64,000 bases of DNA, from positions 4,352,001 to 4,416,000 of the forward strand of contig CAVWVQ010000003.1 of NCBI GenBank assembly GCA_963758525.1, written 5' to 3'. The notes beneath the pieces are model-generated. The model saw only the letters and a list, made by a program, of their open reading frames with translations, had not been told where the DNA came from and searched no databases. Shown here piece by piece: positions 55,916-64,000 of the stretch (positions within the stretch are counted from its first letter, which is position 1; each line of letters begins with the position of its first letter). The translations under genes were made by a program, and so were the position numbers. This DNA is from an uncultured Phycisphaerales bacterium. GTDB taxonomy: Bacteria > Planctomycetota > Phycisphaerae > Tepidisphaerales > Tepidisphaeraceae.

Positions 55916-56095
55916 GTTGGCACCTCCTGTCCCCCTGCGGTTTGAATGTTCCGACACCCCGCGCCCACGATGGGGCGATTGTGCCGCGAGCGTTCTCTCC
56001 GGCTTCGAGGCCTTCATTGCAGCACACAAGGTAAACCGGTAATGTTCACGACGTCAACCACAATCCCTCAAGTTCTTGCACTCTTTGCAGATCAT

Positions 56096-57169
56096 ATGCC
56101 GCCAGACGAGGTGGATTCGACGGTCCTGCGGTTTTTCGGGGAAGATGCCGCGCAATTCGACGCTCACATGGCCGCCTGGGGGTGGCCGGTATTTCGAGCC
56201 AAACAGATCCGCGATTGGGTCTACGACAAGTCGATCGCCGATCCGGCGAAGATGTCCAACCTGTCGCAGTGCGACCGCGAAACGCTGGGGCAACGCGTGG
56301 CTTTCCGGTCGGCAGGCATCGCGAACCGCCAGCAGAGCAGCGACGGCACGCTCAAGCTCGTGCTCACCTGGCCCGACGGCGCGAATGCCGAGACGGTGAT
56401 GATCCCCGATGGCGACCGTCGCACCGCGTGCATCAGCTCGCAGGTTGGATGTCCCGTCGGCTGTAAGTTCTGCGCCAGCGGAATCAACGGCGTGAAGGGC
56501 AACCTGCCGGCAGCCCGGATCGTCGAGCAGGTGTATGAGCTGAATTTGGAACTGAAGCCGCTGCGGGAGCGGATCACCAACATCGTCTTCATGGGCATGG
56601 GCGAGCCGATGGCCAATTACGCCAATGTCATGCAGGCGGTCCGCGTGCTGCACGATCCGGGTTGCTTCAATATCGGCGCGCGGCGCATCACCATTTCCAC
56701 CGTCGGCGTGCCGCCGCGCATGCGCGATCTGGCCCGCGAAGGGCTTCCGATCAATCTTGCCATTTCCCTGCACGCTCCGACTGAGGCGCTGCGAAAGGAA
56801 CTGATTCCCTGGGCCGAGCACTTCTCGCTGGAAGATATTCTCGACGCCGCCCGATATTATTTTGATGAGACGGGCCGGGAGATCACGCTCGAATATATTC
56901 TGCTGAGCGGCGTCAATGACCGTCCGGAGCATGCCCGGCAGCTGGCCAAGCTCTGCAAGACGTTGCGGGCGAACGTGAATCTCATCCGGTATAACGAGGT
57001 GGAAGGGCTTCCCTTCGGCCGGCCGAAAGCGGATGACGTGATGAAATTCCAGGAGATTTTGCGGGAGAGCGGCATCAACGCGCATGTCCGCAAGTCGCGC
57101 GGGCGCGACATCGACGCCGCCTGCGGGCAGCTGCGGCGCAAGACGATCCCGATGCCGGTAATCGCATGA
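56096..57169 (+). CDS. rlmN: 23S rRNA/tRNA m2A methyltransferase (radical SAM)
   Basis: CISSQVGCPVGCKFCA, MGMGEP, ISLHA and DIDAACGQL motifs. Confidence 0.97.
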   Translation: MPPDEVDSTVLRFFGEDAAQFDAHMAAWGWPVFRAKQIRDWVYDKSIADPAKMSNLSQCDRETLGQRVAFRSAGIANRQQSSDGTLKLVLTWPDGANAETVMIPDGDRRTACISSQVGCPVGCKFCASGINGVKGNLPAARIVEQVYELNLELKPLRERITNIVFMGMGEPMANYANVMQAVRVLHDPGCFNIGARRITISTVGVPPRMRDLAREGLPINLAISLHAPTEALRKELIPWAEHFSLEDILDAARYYFDETGREITLEYILLSGVNDRPEHARQLAKLCKTLRANVNLIRYNEVEGLPFGRPKADDVMKFQEILRESGINAHVRKSRGRDIDAACGQLRRKTIPMPVIA

Positions 57170-58008
57170 GATCAAGACGTGCTTTCAGCCTTGCCGAGTT
57201 GCTTGTGGTGCTGGGAATTCTCGGAATTCTCATCGCAATCCTGTTGCCGTACCTGGAGAAAGTGCGCGAATCGGAGCGGCGCGTGCAGTGCGCCAGCAAT
57301 CTGAAAACGATCATGCAGGCGCTGAGCGCCTACGCAAATTCCAATGCTCATTTTTACCCGCGCACGACTTTCGATAAATCGCACAGCGGATACACGTGCT
57401 ACACCGGAGCCGAGTCGCTCGATCCTTTTGCCAAAGACTCGAAGGTGCAGCCGAACGATGTGACCGCGTCGCTGTGGCTCCTGGTGCGCGAGGGGTATAC
57501 GCAGCCCAAGCTGTTCGTCTGTCCGGGCTCCGGCGATGATGTGGATCGCATGCGCAGCGGCGGTGAGGTGGTCAGCGCCGACAAGCGATCCAACTTCACG
57601 TCAGGCCAGTATCTCAGCTACTCGTATTCGTCGCCGTTCAGCACCGCGCCGGGCTACGAGATGAACGACACCCAGCAGGCGGATTTTGCGATCATGGCCG
57701 ACATGAATCCCGGCGTGATCGGGCCGGCGTACGATGCTTCGCCGTTTGAATTGGCGAAGAGCAACTCCAACAACCATCAGAAAGCCGGACAGAACGTGCT
57801 CTACGCGGACGGACACGTGCAATTTCAGATGACCCCGTATTGCGGCGCGGGGGAGGCCGATCGCCGCGATAACATTTACACGGCGCGGGCGCCGATCCCG
57901 CTCGCTGCCAGCCAGTTGCCGCCGCCGGAGAGCACCGGCTTTCCCGGGCGCGACATCTCCCCGGCCGGCACCAACGACAGCTATCTGGTTCCGACGGACG
58001 ATGATTGA
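57166..58008 (+). CDS. Prepilin-type N-methylation protein (DUF1559/H-X9-DG class)
   Basis: AFSLAELLVVLGILGILIAILLP, QCASNL and NHQKAGQNVLYADGHV motifs. Confidence 0.9.
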   Translation: MRSRRAFSLAELLVVLGILGILIAILLPYLEKVRESERRVQCASNLKTIMQALSAYANSNAHFYPRTTFDKSHSGYTCYTGAESLDPFAKDSKVQPNDVTASLWLLVREGYTQPKLFVCPGSGDDVDRMRSGGEVVSADKRSNFTSGQYLSYSYSSPFSTAPGYEMNDTQQADFAIMADMNPGVIGPAYDASPFELAKSNSNNHQKAGQNVLYADGHVQFQMTPYCGAGEADRRDNIYTARAPIPLAASQLPPPESTGFPGRDISPAGTNDSYLVPTDDD

Positions 58009-58040
58009 ATTCAGCTCGTGACGGCATAGGATCACCCCAT

Positions 58041-61000
58041 ATGAGTTCAACCCTTCCCGACGCCATCGGGCGGCTGCTCGCTGCGCGCCCGCTCCAGGAT
58101 CTCGCCAAATCGCTGGCCGAAACGACCGCGCTGTCGGCCAGCGGTTTGTGGGGCAGCAGCGTCGCGGCAGTTGTCGCGGCAGTCGAAAAGACGCTCCAGC
58201 GTCCGGTGCTGGTGGTATGCGGGCATCTCGACGAAGCCGACGACCTCTCCGACGACATCGAGTTATTCTCGGGAAAACGCCCTGAGGTGCTCCCCGCACT
58301 GGAGATGGGCGGCAGCCTGGGGCATATGAGCGAGGAGCTGGTCTCCAACCGGCTCGGATTGCTGTCGCGAATGAGCGTCGACGGCGGAATGCCTCGGTTT
58401 CTCATCGCATCGATCCAGGCGCTGATGCAGCCGGTCCCATCTCGCAGGCAACTGGACGAACTGCTCTTCACCGTGAAGTCCGGCCAGAAGCTCGAACCCG
58501 AGAAGCTGATCGTCTGGCTCTCCGATCACGGATACAACCGCCTCGAGCAGGTTGAAGTCCCCGGAGATTTCGCCGTCCGCGGCGGCATTATCGACGTTTA
58601 CATCCCGGGCGAATTTGAAGTCTCCGGCGAAGAGGTCGGACTCGCGGCCCGCATCGATTTCTTTGACGATCAGATCGAGTCGATCAAGCGCTTTGATCTC
58701 GACACGATGGGATCACTCCAGACGCTGGAATCGGTGCGCCTTGTCGATCTCAAAGGCGCTCTGCCCGACAGTGGCGAATCGACGAGCCTCTTCCGCTATC
58801 TCCCCGCCGACACGATTGTCGCGCTCTGGGCCCCGCTGGAAATTGCCGAGCAGGGGAAGAGCTATCTCGACCGGCTCAACGACGTAAAAGGGATGTATCC
58901 GCTGAGCGCCCTGCTTCAGCAGGCGCAAGGCTTCGCCCGCCTGGAGCTGAGCCAATTCGATCAGGGAACCTCCGCCGGCCCGAGCCTGGTCGGCGGCAAG
59001 GCCGTTCCGCACGTGAAGCTTCCGGTGCGATCGCTGCAGCGGTTCGAGACGGAAGCAAAGAAAGCCATCGGCGAGCTTGCGGAGCTGGCGGAGACGTCAA
59101 AAGTCACGATCTTTTGCGAGAACGCCGGGGAGATGCAGCGATTCAGCGAGCTGGTGGAGACGGAACGGCCGGGGCTAGCCCAGCGAATCGACGTGCGGCT
59201 CGGCTATTTGCATCGCGGGTTTATTTGGGAAGAAGGGGAGGAAGAAAGGCACGAAGGCACGGAGGCAGTCGCCGCCGTGCCTTCGTGCCTTTCTTCTGTC
59301 GCTCTCCTCGGCCATCACGAACTTTTCCACCGCTATGAGCAGCGACGGCATGTCAGGAAGGTGATCGCCTCGCGGCCGGTCGATTCATTTCTCGATCTCA
59401 AATCGGGCGATTACGTGGTGCATGTGGCCCACGGCATCGCCCGGTTCACCGGAATGCAGACGATCTCGAAGGACGGGCACAGCGAAGAATATCTCACCCT
59501 GCGATTTGCCGAGAACGCGACGCTGCACGTGCCGGCCGCGCGAATCAACCTGATTCAAAAATACGTCGGCAGCTTCCAGGGCCATCCGACGCTTTCGCGC
59601 CTCGGCAGCGGATCATGGGAAAAGCAGAAGGCTAAAGTCGCCGAAGCGGTCATGGACATGGCCGCCGAGCTGCTCGAAATCCAGGCGGCCCGAGCGGCGG
59701 AGCCGGGGATGGCGTATCCGCCGGACACGGACTGGCAGCGCGAATTCGAAGCGGAGTTTCCCTATGAGCCGACGGGCGACCAGGTGATCGCCGCGGAAGA
59801 AATCAAACAGGACATGCAGAAGGCCCGGCCGATGGACCGGCTTCTCTGCGGCGATGTCGGCTACGGCAAAACCGAAATGGCGATGCGCGCGGCGTTCAAA
59901 ACGATCGAGTTTGGCAAGCAGGTTGCCGTGCTCGTCCCCACCACGATTCTGGCCGAGCAGCATTACCGCTCGTTTCGCGAGCGGATGGTCAACTATCCGT
60001 TCGCCGTCGAATCCATCAGCCGGTACAAATCCGCCGCCGAGCAGAAGGAGACCGTCAAACGACTGGCCAAGGGCGAAATTGACATTCTCATCGGCACGCA
60101 CCGCCTGATCAGCAAGGATGTGAAATTCGCCGATCTCGGGCTGGTCGTCATCGACGAGGAACAGCGCTTCGGCGTGACCCACAAGGAGCGATTGAAGCAG
60201 ATGCGCAAGACCGTCGACGTGCTGACGATGTCGGCAACGCCGATTCCCCGCACGCTCCATATGAGCATGCTCGGCCTGCGCGACATCAGCTCCCTCACGA
60301 CCGCGCCGCAAGACCGGCGAAGCATCGTCACCGAGGTGATCGCATACGACAAGCAGCGCATTCAGCAGGCGGTGTTGCGCGAGCTCAACCGGGAGGGGCA
60401 GGTCTATTTTGTTCACAACCGCGTGAACAATATTCTCGAGCAGGCCGATGAGATTCAGCGGATGGTCCCTGACGCGCGGATCATCGTCGGCCACGGTCAG
60501 ATGGCCCAGGGAGAGCTGGAAGAGGTGATGCTGAAATTCGTGCGCCACGAAGCGGACATCCTCGTCTGCACGACCATCATCGAAAGCGGCCTGGACATTC
60601 CCAACGTGAACACAATCCTCATCAACGCGGCAGACCGCTTCGGGCTCAGCGAACTGCATCAGCTCCGCGGACGCGTGGGACGCTACAAGCACCGGGCGTA
60701 TTGCTATTTGTTGCTGCCATCCGATCGGCCGATCACAGACATCGCGGCAAAGCGCCTCAAGGCAATCGAGGAATACAGCCATCTGGGCGCCGGCTTCAAG
60801 ATCGCCATGCGCGATCTGGAAATCCGCGGCGCCGGCAACATCCTCGGGCCCGAGCAGTCGGGCCATATCGCGACGGTGGGTTATGAAATGTATTGCCAGC
60901 TTCTGGAAGAGGCGACTCGCCAGCTCAAGAACGAGCCGAAGAAATCGACGCCCGAGGCGCACGTCGATATCGGCGTCACCGCGTTTCTGCCCAAGACCTA

Positions 61001-61454
61001 CATCCCCGGCGATCGACCCAGAATGGACCTATATCGCCGGCTGACGCGATGCACCGACATGCACATGCTGGCGATGCTGGAGCAGGACATGAAAGACGCC
61101 TTCGGCGATCCGCCACGCCAGGCGCTGGTGTTTCTCGCGCTGACGGAACTGCGCCTGTTGGCCCAGATTTATGGCATCAGCAGCATCATCCGCAAAGAGC
61201 CCGACGTGGTCCTGACCGTGCAGGACGCGAAGAAGGCGCAAGCAGCCCTGACAGGCGCTCCCGGCACCCTCCGCGTGATCGATGACAAAACCGTCTATCT
61301 AAGAATGCCGGCAACTTTTCTTGAGTCTGAAACGTTGTTGATGGTGCTGCGCAATCTGCTGCGCGGGGCGTACGATCGGGACGCGAATGTGACCCCATCC
61401 CCGCAAACCGCAGCACCGCCGAAAGCGATGGCGGCCGTAAAAGTTTCCAACTGA
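58041..61454 (+). CDS. mfd: Transcription-repair coupling factor with small in-frame hairpin insertion
   Basis: VRGGIIDV, VVHVAHGIARF, GDVGYGKTE, DEEQRFG, SATPIPRTL, QLRGRVGR and DLEIRGAGN motifs. Confidence 0.98.
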   Translation: MSSTLPDAIGRLLAARPLQDLAKSLAETTALSASGLWGSSVAAVVAAVEKTLQRPVLVVCGHLDEADDLSDDIELFSGKRPEVLPALEMGGSLGHMSEELVSNRLGLLSRMSVDGGMPRFLIASIQALMQPVPSRRQLDELLFTVKSGQKLEPEKLIVWLSDHGYNRLEQVEVPGDFAVRGGIIDVYIPGEFEVSGEEVGLAARIDFFDDQIESIKRFDLDTMGSLQTLESVRLVDLKGALPDSGESTSLFRYLPADTIVALWAPLEIAEQGKSYLDRLNDVKGMYPLSALLQQAQGFARLELSQFDQGTSAGPSLVGGKAVPHVKLPVRSLQRFETEAKKAIGELAELAETSKVTIFCENAGEMQRFSELVETERPGLAQRIDVRLGYLHRGFIWEEGEEERHEGTEAVAAVPSCLSSVALLGHHELFHRYEQRRHVRKVIASRPVDSFLDLKSGDYVVHVAHGIARFTGMQTISKDGHSEEYLTLRFAENATLHVPAARINLIQKYVGSFQGHPTLSRLGSGSWEKQKAKVAEAVMDMAAELLEIQAARAAEPGMAYPPDTDWQREFEAEFPYEPTGDQVIAAEEIKQDMQKARPMDRLLCGDVGYGKTEMAMRAAFKTIEFGKQVAVLVPTTILAEQHYRSFRERMVNYPFAVESISRYKSAAEQKETVKRLAKGEIDILIGTHRLISKDVKFADLGLVVIDEEQRFGVTHKERLKQMRKTVDVLTMSATPIPRTLHMSMLGLRDISSLTTAPQDRRSIVTEVIAYDKQRIQQAVLRELNREGQVYFVHNRVNNILEQADEIQRMVPDARIIVGHGQMAQGELEEVMLKFVRHEADILVCTTIIESGLDIPNVNTILINAADRFGLSELHQLRGRVGRYKHRAYCYLLLPSDRPITDIAAKRLKAIEEYSHLGAGFKIAMRDLEIRGAGNILGPEQSGHIATVGYEMYCQLLEEATRQLKNEPKKSTPEAHVDIGVTAFLPKTYIPGDRPRMDLYRRLTRCTDMHMLAMLEQDMKDAFGDPPRQALVFLALTELRLLAQIYGISSIIRKEPDVVLTVQDAKKAQAALTGAPGTLRVIDDKTVYLRMPATFLESETLLMVLRNLLRGAYDRDANVTPSPQTAAPPKAMAAVKVSN

Positions 61455-61472
61455 CTCGGTCGTGCGTTTTTT

Positions 61473-61525
61473 GTGGTGCAGGCTTCCAGCCTGCTTCCCA
61501 TGAGCAGGCTGGAAGCCTGCACCAC
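61473..61525. repeat. GTGG-footed REP doublet between convergent genes; likely terminator role
   Basis: GTGGTGCAGGCTTCCAGCCTGCT...AGCAGGCTGGAAGCCTGCACCAC perfect inverted repeat. Confidence 0.8.
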
Positions 61526-61551
61526 GAAAAGGCGAAATCCACCGCTGCGTG

Positions 61552-62133
61552 TTACCGCAGTAATGGCCGAATGACTCTCAGCGCCGCGTCGAGCACAACG
61601 CCATAGACCAGGTGGCCTGCAAGCCCAGTGGCGTGCGACGACCACGGGCTCTGACGGGGAGGCTTCGCGAGCTTCAGCGCCGGCAGCGCGAGTTCCTCTG
61701 CCCCGAGCCAGACGGCAGTTCCATACGCGGTTCCGTTTCCGAGCGACACTACATCGAAATGCTCGGCCAGCGCGCCGTAGATGCCGCCAACGAGCGTTCC
61801 GAATGCGATGGGAATGATGCCGGCGGCCGTCGCGCGCTCATCGTGGGTCAGTTGATGACTGAACAAGCCGCGCGAGATCGCGGTGGCCGTGCGCTTCGTC
61901 GCCACCGTCGCCTGTTCCGCATTCTCGAGCGGACCCGCGCCAAGCCCCTCGCCGGCAGCTACCTTCGCCGCGCCCTCCCGCGTCTGGGCGTGGCGGGTTT
62001 CCAACTGGTCGGCGACTGCCACTGTCGCCGCTTGGGCGGCGCTCATGATCCACGTCGCGATAAAGCCACCGGCACACCCTGCCGCGAACCCGCTCAGCGT
62101 GCATGGCTCGGTGTCATTTTTGAGGTTGAACAT
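61552..62133 (-). CDS. DUF1440-like membrane protein
   Basis: GGFIATWIMS, FGTLVGGIYG and HLVYG motifs. Confidence 0.75.
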   Translation of the reverse strand: MFNLKNDTEPCTLSGFAAGCAGGFIATWIMSAAQAATVAVADQLETRHAQTREGAAKVAAGEGLGAGPLENAEQATVATKRTATAISRGLFSHQLTHDERATAAGIIPIAFGTLVGGIYGALAEHFDVVSLGNGTAYGTAVWLGAEELALPALKLAKPPRQSPWSSHATGLAGHLVYGVVLDAALRVIRPLLR

Positions 62134-62308
62134 ATTTGTCTCCCTGTGTGGTGAGACACTCGGGCCGCAAATATTGGGCCGAGCGCACTGAGCAGCCTTT
62201 GGTTCATCCCCAGGATCGCCATTAAAGCTGACTCATCTGTACTGGTCGCCCGCAAATTGCACTGCTGCGACAGCTCTGTTTTCAGCCGCCCTTCTCGGGC
62301 CGTCGCAT

Positions 62309-62707
62309 TCACGGATCCGCCTCTGCCAACTTGCCCGACTGCAACTCGGCTTCGATCAGTTCCCGCAGAAGCGATCGGTGGCAGCGTGATTCGCGAATGC
62401 AAGCCGACGAGCAGAGCAGCGTGATCGTTTCGCCGGCGCGCACTCGATCGGCCAGGGCGATGATGCGGGCGCGCTGCATCTTCATCTCATCGAGATAACG
62501 CCGTCGGTAGCTCGCCCAGGGCAGCGTCGACGCGTCCTGAGAATACATTGCCGCGTGCAGCGCTTTCCCTGGCCCCAGATGGGGATCCCACGCATCCCAG
62601 GTTTCGTCGGCTTTCGCAACACCGCGCGGACGATAGCGGCACACCAGCAGACGATAGCCGTCGCCGGGCTCAGGTGGGTCGTTCCAACGTCGGGTTCGGA
62701 TGGGCAC
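62309..62707 (-). CDS. DUF488-family protein
   Basis: DGYRLLVCRYRPRGVAK, YRRRYLDEM, ITLLCS and CHRSLL motifs. Confidence 0.85.
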   Translation of the reverse strand: MPIRTRRWNDPPEPGDGYRLLVCRYRPRGVAKADETWDAWDPHLGPGKALHAAMYSQDASTLPWASYRRRYLDEMKMQRARIIALADRVRAGETITLLCSSACIRESRCHRSLLRELIEAELQSGKLAEADP

Positions 62708-62778
62708 AGCGCGGAATTGTAGCGCCCTATTCGCGCCGCGAGGTCAAAGCACCGCGGATCGATCAGACCGTAACTACC

Positions 62779-63255
62779 TCAAAAGCAGGTAAAAAACGAC
62801 AGATGCAACTCGCAATGCCGAAGGTTCAAATTGATCCACTCATCATGGGTGAGAGGCCCGAAGATCGGATGCGGCAGGGTCGGCGCTTCAGATTGGAGCC
62901 GGTCGAAGGATTGGTGGAATCGCGGCAGCGCCGTGTCGAGCGGCTCTTGCACGATGGCAAGTGTCCCGGCGGGAATCCGCGGGATGCGAAGACCGGCTGG
63001 CATCGGTTTGTGGATCGCCCGCTGTTTCATCGGTCGAAACATGATGCGGAGTGCCAAGGGAATCTTGATGGGAAGGCCGTCGTAGGCGTAGTCAGCCCAT
63101 GAGGCGAGATGATGCATCGCCTGCCCAAGGCGCCACGTGCCGGCGCAGCGAAGTTGGCCGGCGCGCTCCGACACCGCCAGCGCGTCCGCGTCGGCGAGCA
63201 TCTGTTCGATGCTTGCGAACCGAAGAACCCGGCGAACTGGAACTTCTTCAGCCAT
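62779..63255 (-). CDS. DUF1569/DinB-like protein
   Basis: GTWRLGQAMHHL and HPIFGPLT..EW....LRHCELHLSF motifs. Confidence 0.85.
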   Translation of the reverse strand: MAEEVPVRRVLRFASIEQMLADADALAVSERAGQLRCAGTWRLGQAMHHLASWADYAYDGLPIKIPLALRIMFRPMKQRAIHKPMPAGLRIPRIPAGTLAIVQEPLDTALPRFHQSFDRLQSEAPTLPHPIFGPLTHDEWINLNLRHCELHLSFFTCF

Positions 63256-63276
63256 GGGTGCGGTTTCGAACCGCTT

Positions 63277-64000
63277 CTACACCAGCAGGCGGTCGCGTGT
63301 GCCGGCATAAACGAAGTTGCGAACCATGTCCTTCTCATAAAACTCATGCGGAAAGCCGAGGGCGATTCGGCTCGCGTCGTCCAGCGCATGAATTTGATCC
63401 GGCGAGAGTTTGATTTCGATCGCTCCGAGATTGTCGTGCAGTTGATTGATCTTCTTCGCGCCGATGATCGAGATGATCGGCTGCGAGCGCTGGTTGAGCC
63501 AAGCGAGGGCGATTTGTGCCGGGCTCTTTTCAAGTTGCCTGGCGACTGTCTTCAGCGCGGTCACGATGCGCTCGGAGCGCTGGGATTCGGGCTTGAACTG
63601 GTCCATTCCTTCACGCGACAGACGGCCATCGCTGGCGTCGCCGCCGTGATATTTTCCGCTGAGAACGCCGCCTGCCAGCGGTGACCAGGCAGTGACGCCG
63701 AGATTCAAAGCGGCTGCCATCGGGAGCAGCTCGCGTTCCACAGTGCGCTCGATCAGGCTGTACTCAATCTGCAAGCCGACGAATTTGGTCTGCCCGCGCA
63801 TCTCGGCAATCGTATTCGCCCGGGCGATCCACCAGGCCGGTGCATCGGAAACGCCGGCGTAGAGAATCTTGCCCATGCGCTGCAAATCGTCGAACCCGCG
63901 CATCACTTCTTCCGTCGGCGTGATCTTGTCCCAGATGTGCAGCCAATAGAGGTCGATGTAATCGGTCTTCAGGCGTTTGAGCGACGCGTCGACGGCGGCG
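63277..64000 (-). CDS. Aldo/keto reductase; 5' part outside the window
   Basis: SLKRLKTDYIDLYWLH, GKILYAGVSD, QIEYSL, WSPLAGGVLSGKY and QIALAW motifs. Confidence 0.95.
   Translation of the reverse strand, partial: AAVDASLKRLKTDYIDLYWLHIWDKITPTEEVMRGFDDLQRMGKILYAGVSDAPAWWIARANTIAEMRGQTKFVGLQIEYSLIERTVERELLPMAAALNLGVTAWSPLAGGVLSGKYHGGDASDGRLSREGMDQFKPESQRSERIVTALKTVARQLEKSPAQIALAWLNQRSQPIISIIGAKKINQLHDNLGAIEIKLSPDQIHALDDASRIALGFPHEFYEKDMVRNFVYAGTRDRLLV

Overview
GC-rich bacterial chromosomal segment. Gene content (DUF1559/H-X9-DG prepilin-like protein, a LEPR-XLL-like leader, PQQ-propeller membrane protein, polA-coaE-rho cluster) suggests a planctomycete, probably Phycisphaerae-like; this is an inference. 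Most of the window is housekeeping: ackA, polA, coaE, rho, hsp20-lon, moeB, pgm, ABC-F, bioF, rlmN, mfd. The most unusual part is 18.9-27.7 kb. A REP-flanked HUH/Y1 tyrosine transposase (RAYT) sits directly upstream of an imuA-imuB-dnaE2 mutagenesis cassette. The three genes carry about eight insertions built from 7-8 nt tandem repeats in inverted purine/pyrimidine arms, none of which introduces a stop in the host frame. The largest insertion, inside dnaE2, holds a complete four-helix-bundle (23S-IVS/TIGR02436-like) gene in the +1 frame while the DnaE2 frame stays open. The same repeat-hairpin families occur between genes across the window and inside mfd. A 143-bp MITE with 8-bp target duplications is present twice. 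About eleven genes are split by 1-2 nt frameshifts, nearly all at GCGC/CGCG runs, which look like systematic sequencing errors. No rRNA, tRNA or CRISPR array was recognised. All calls were made by eye, without database searches.
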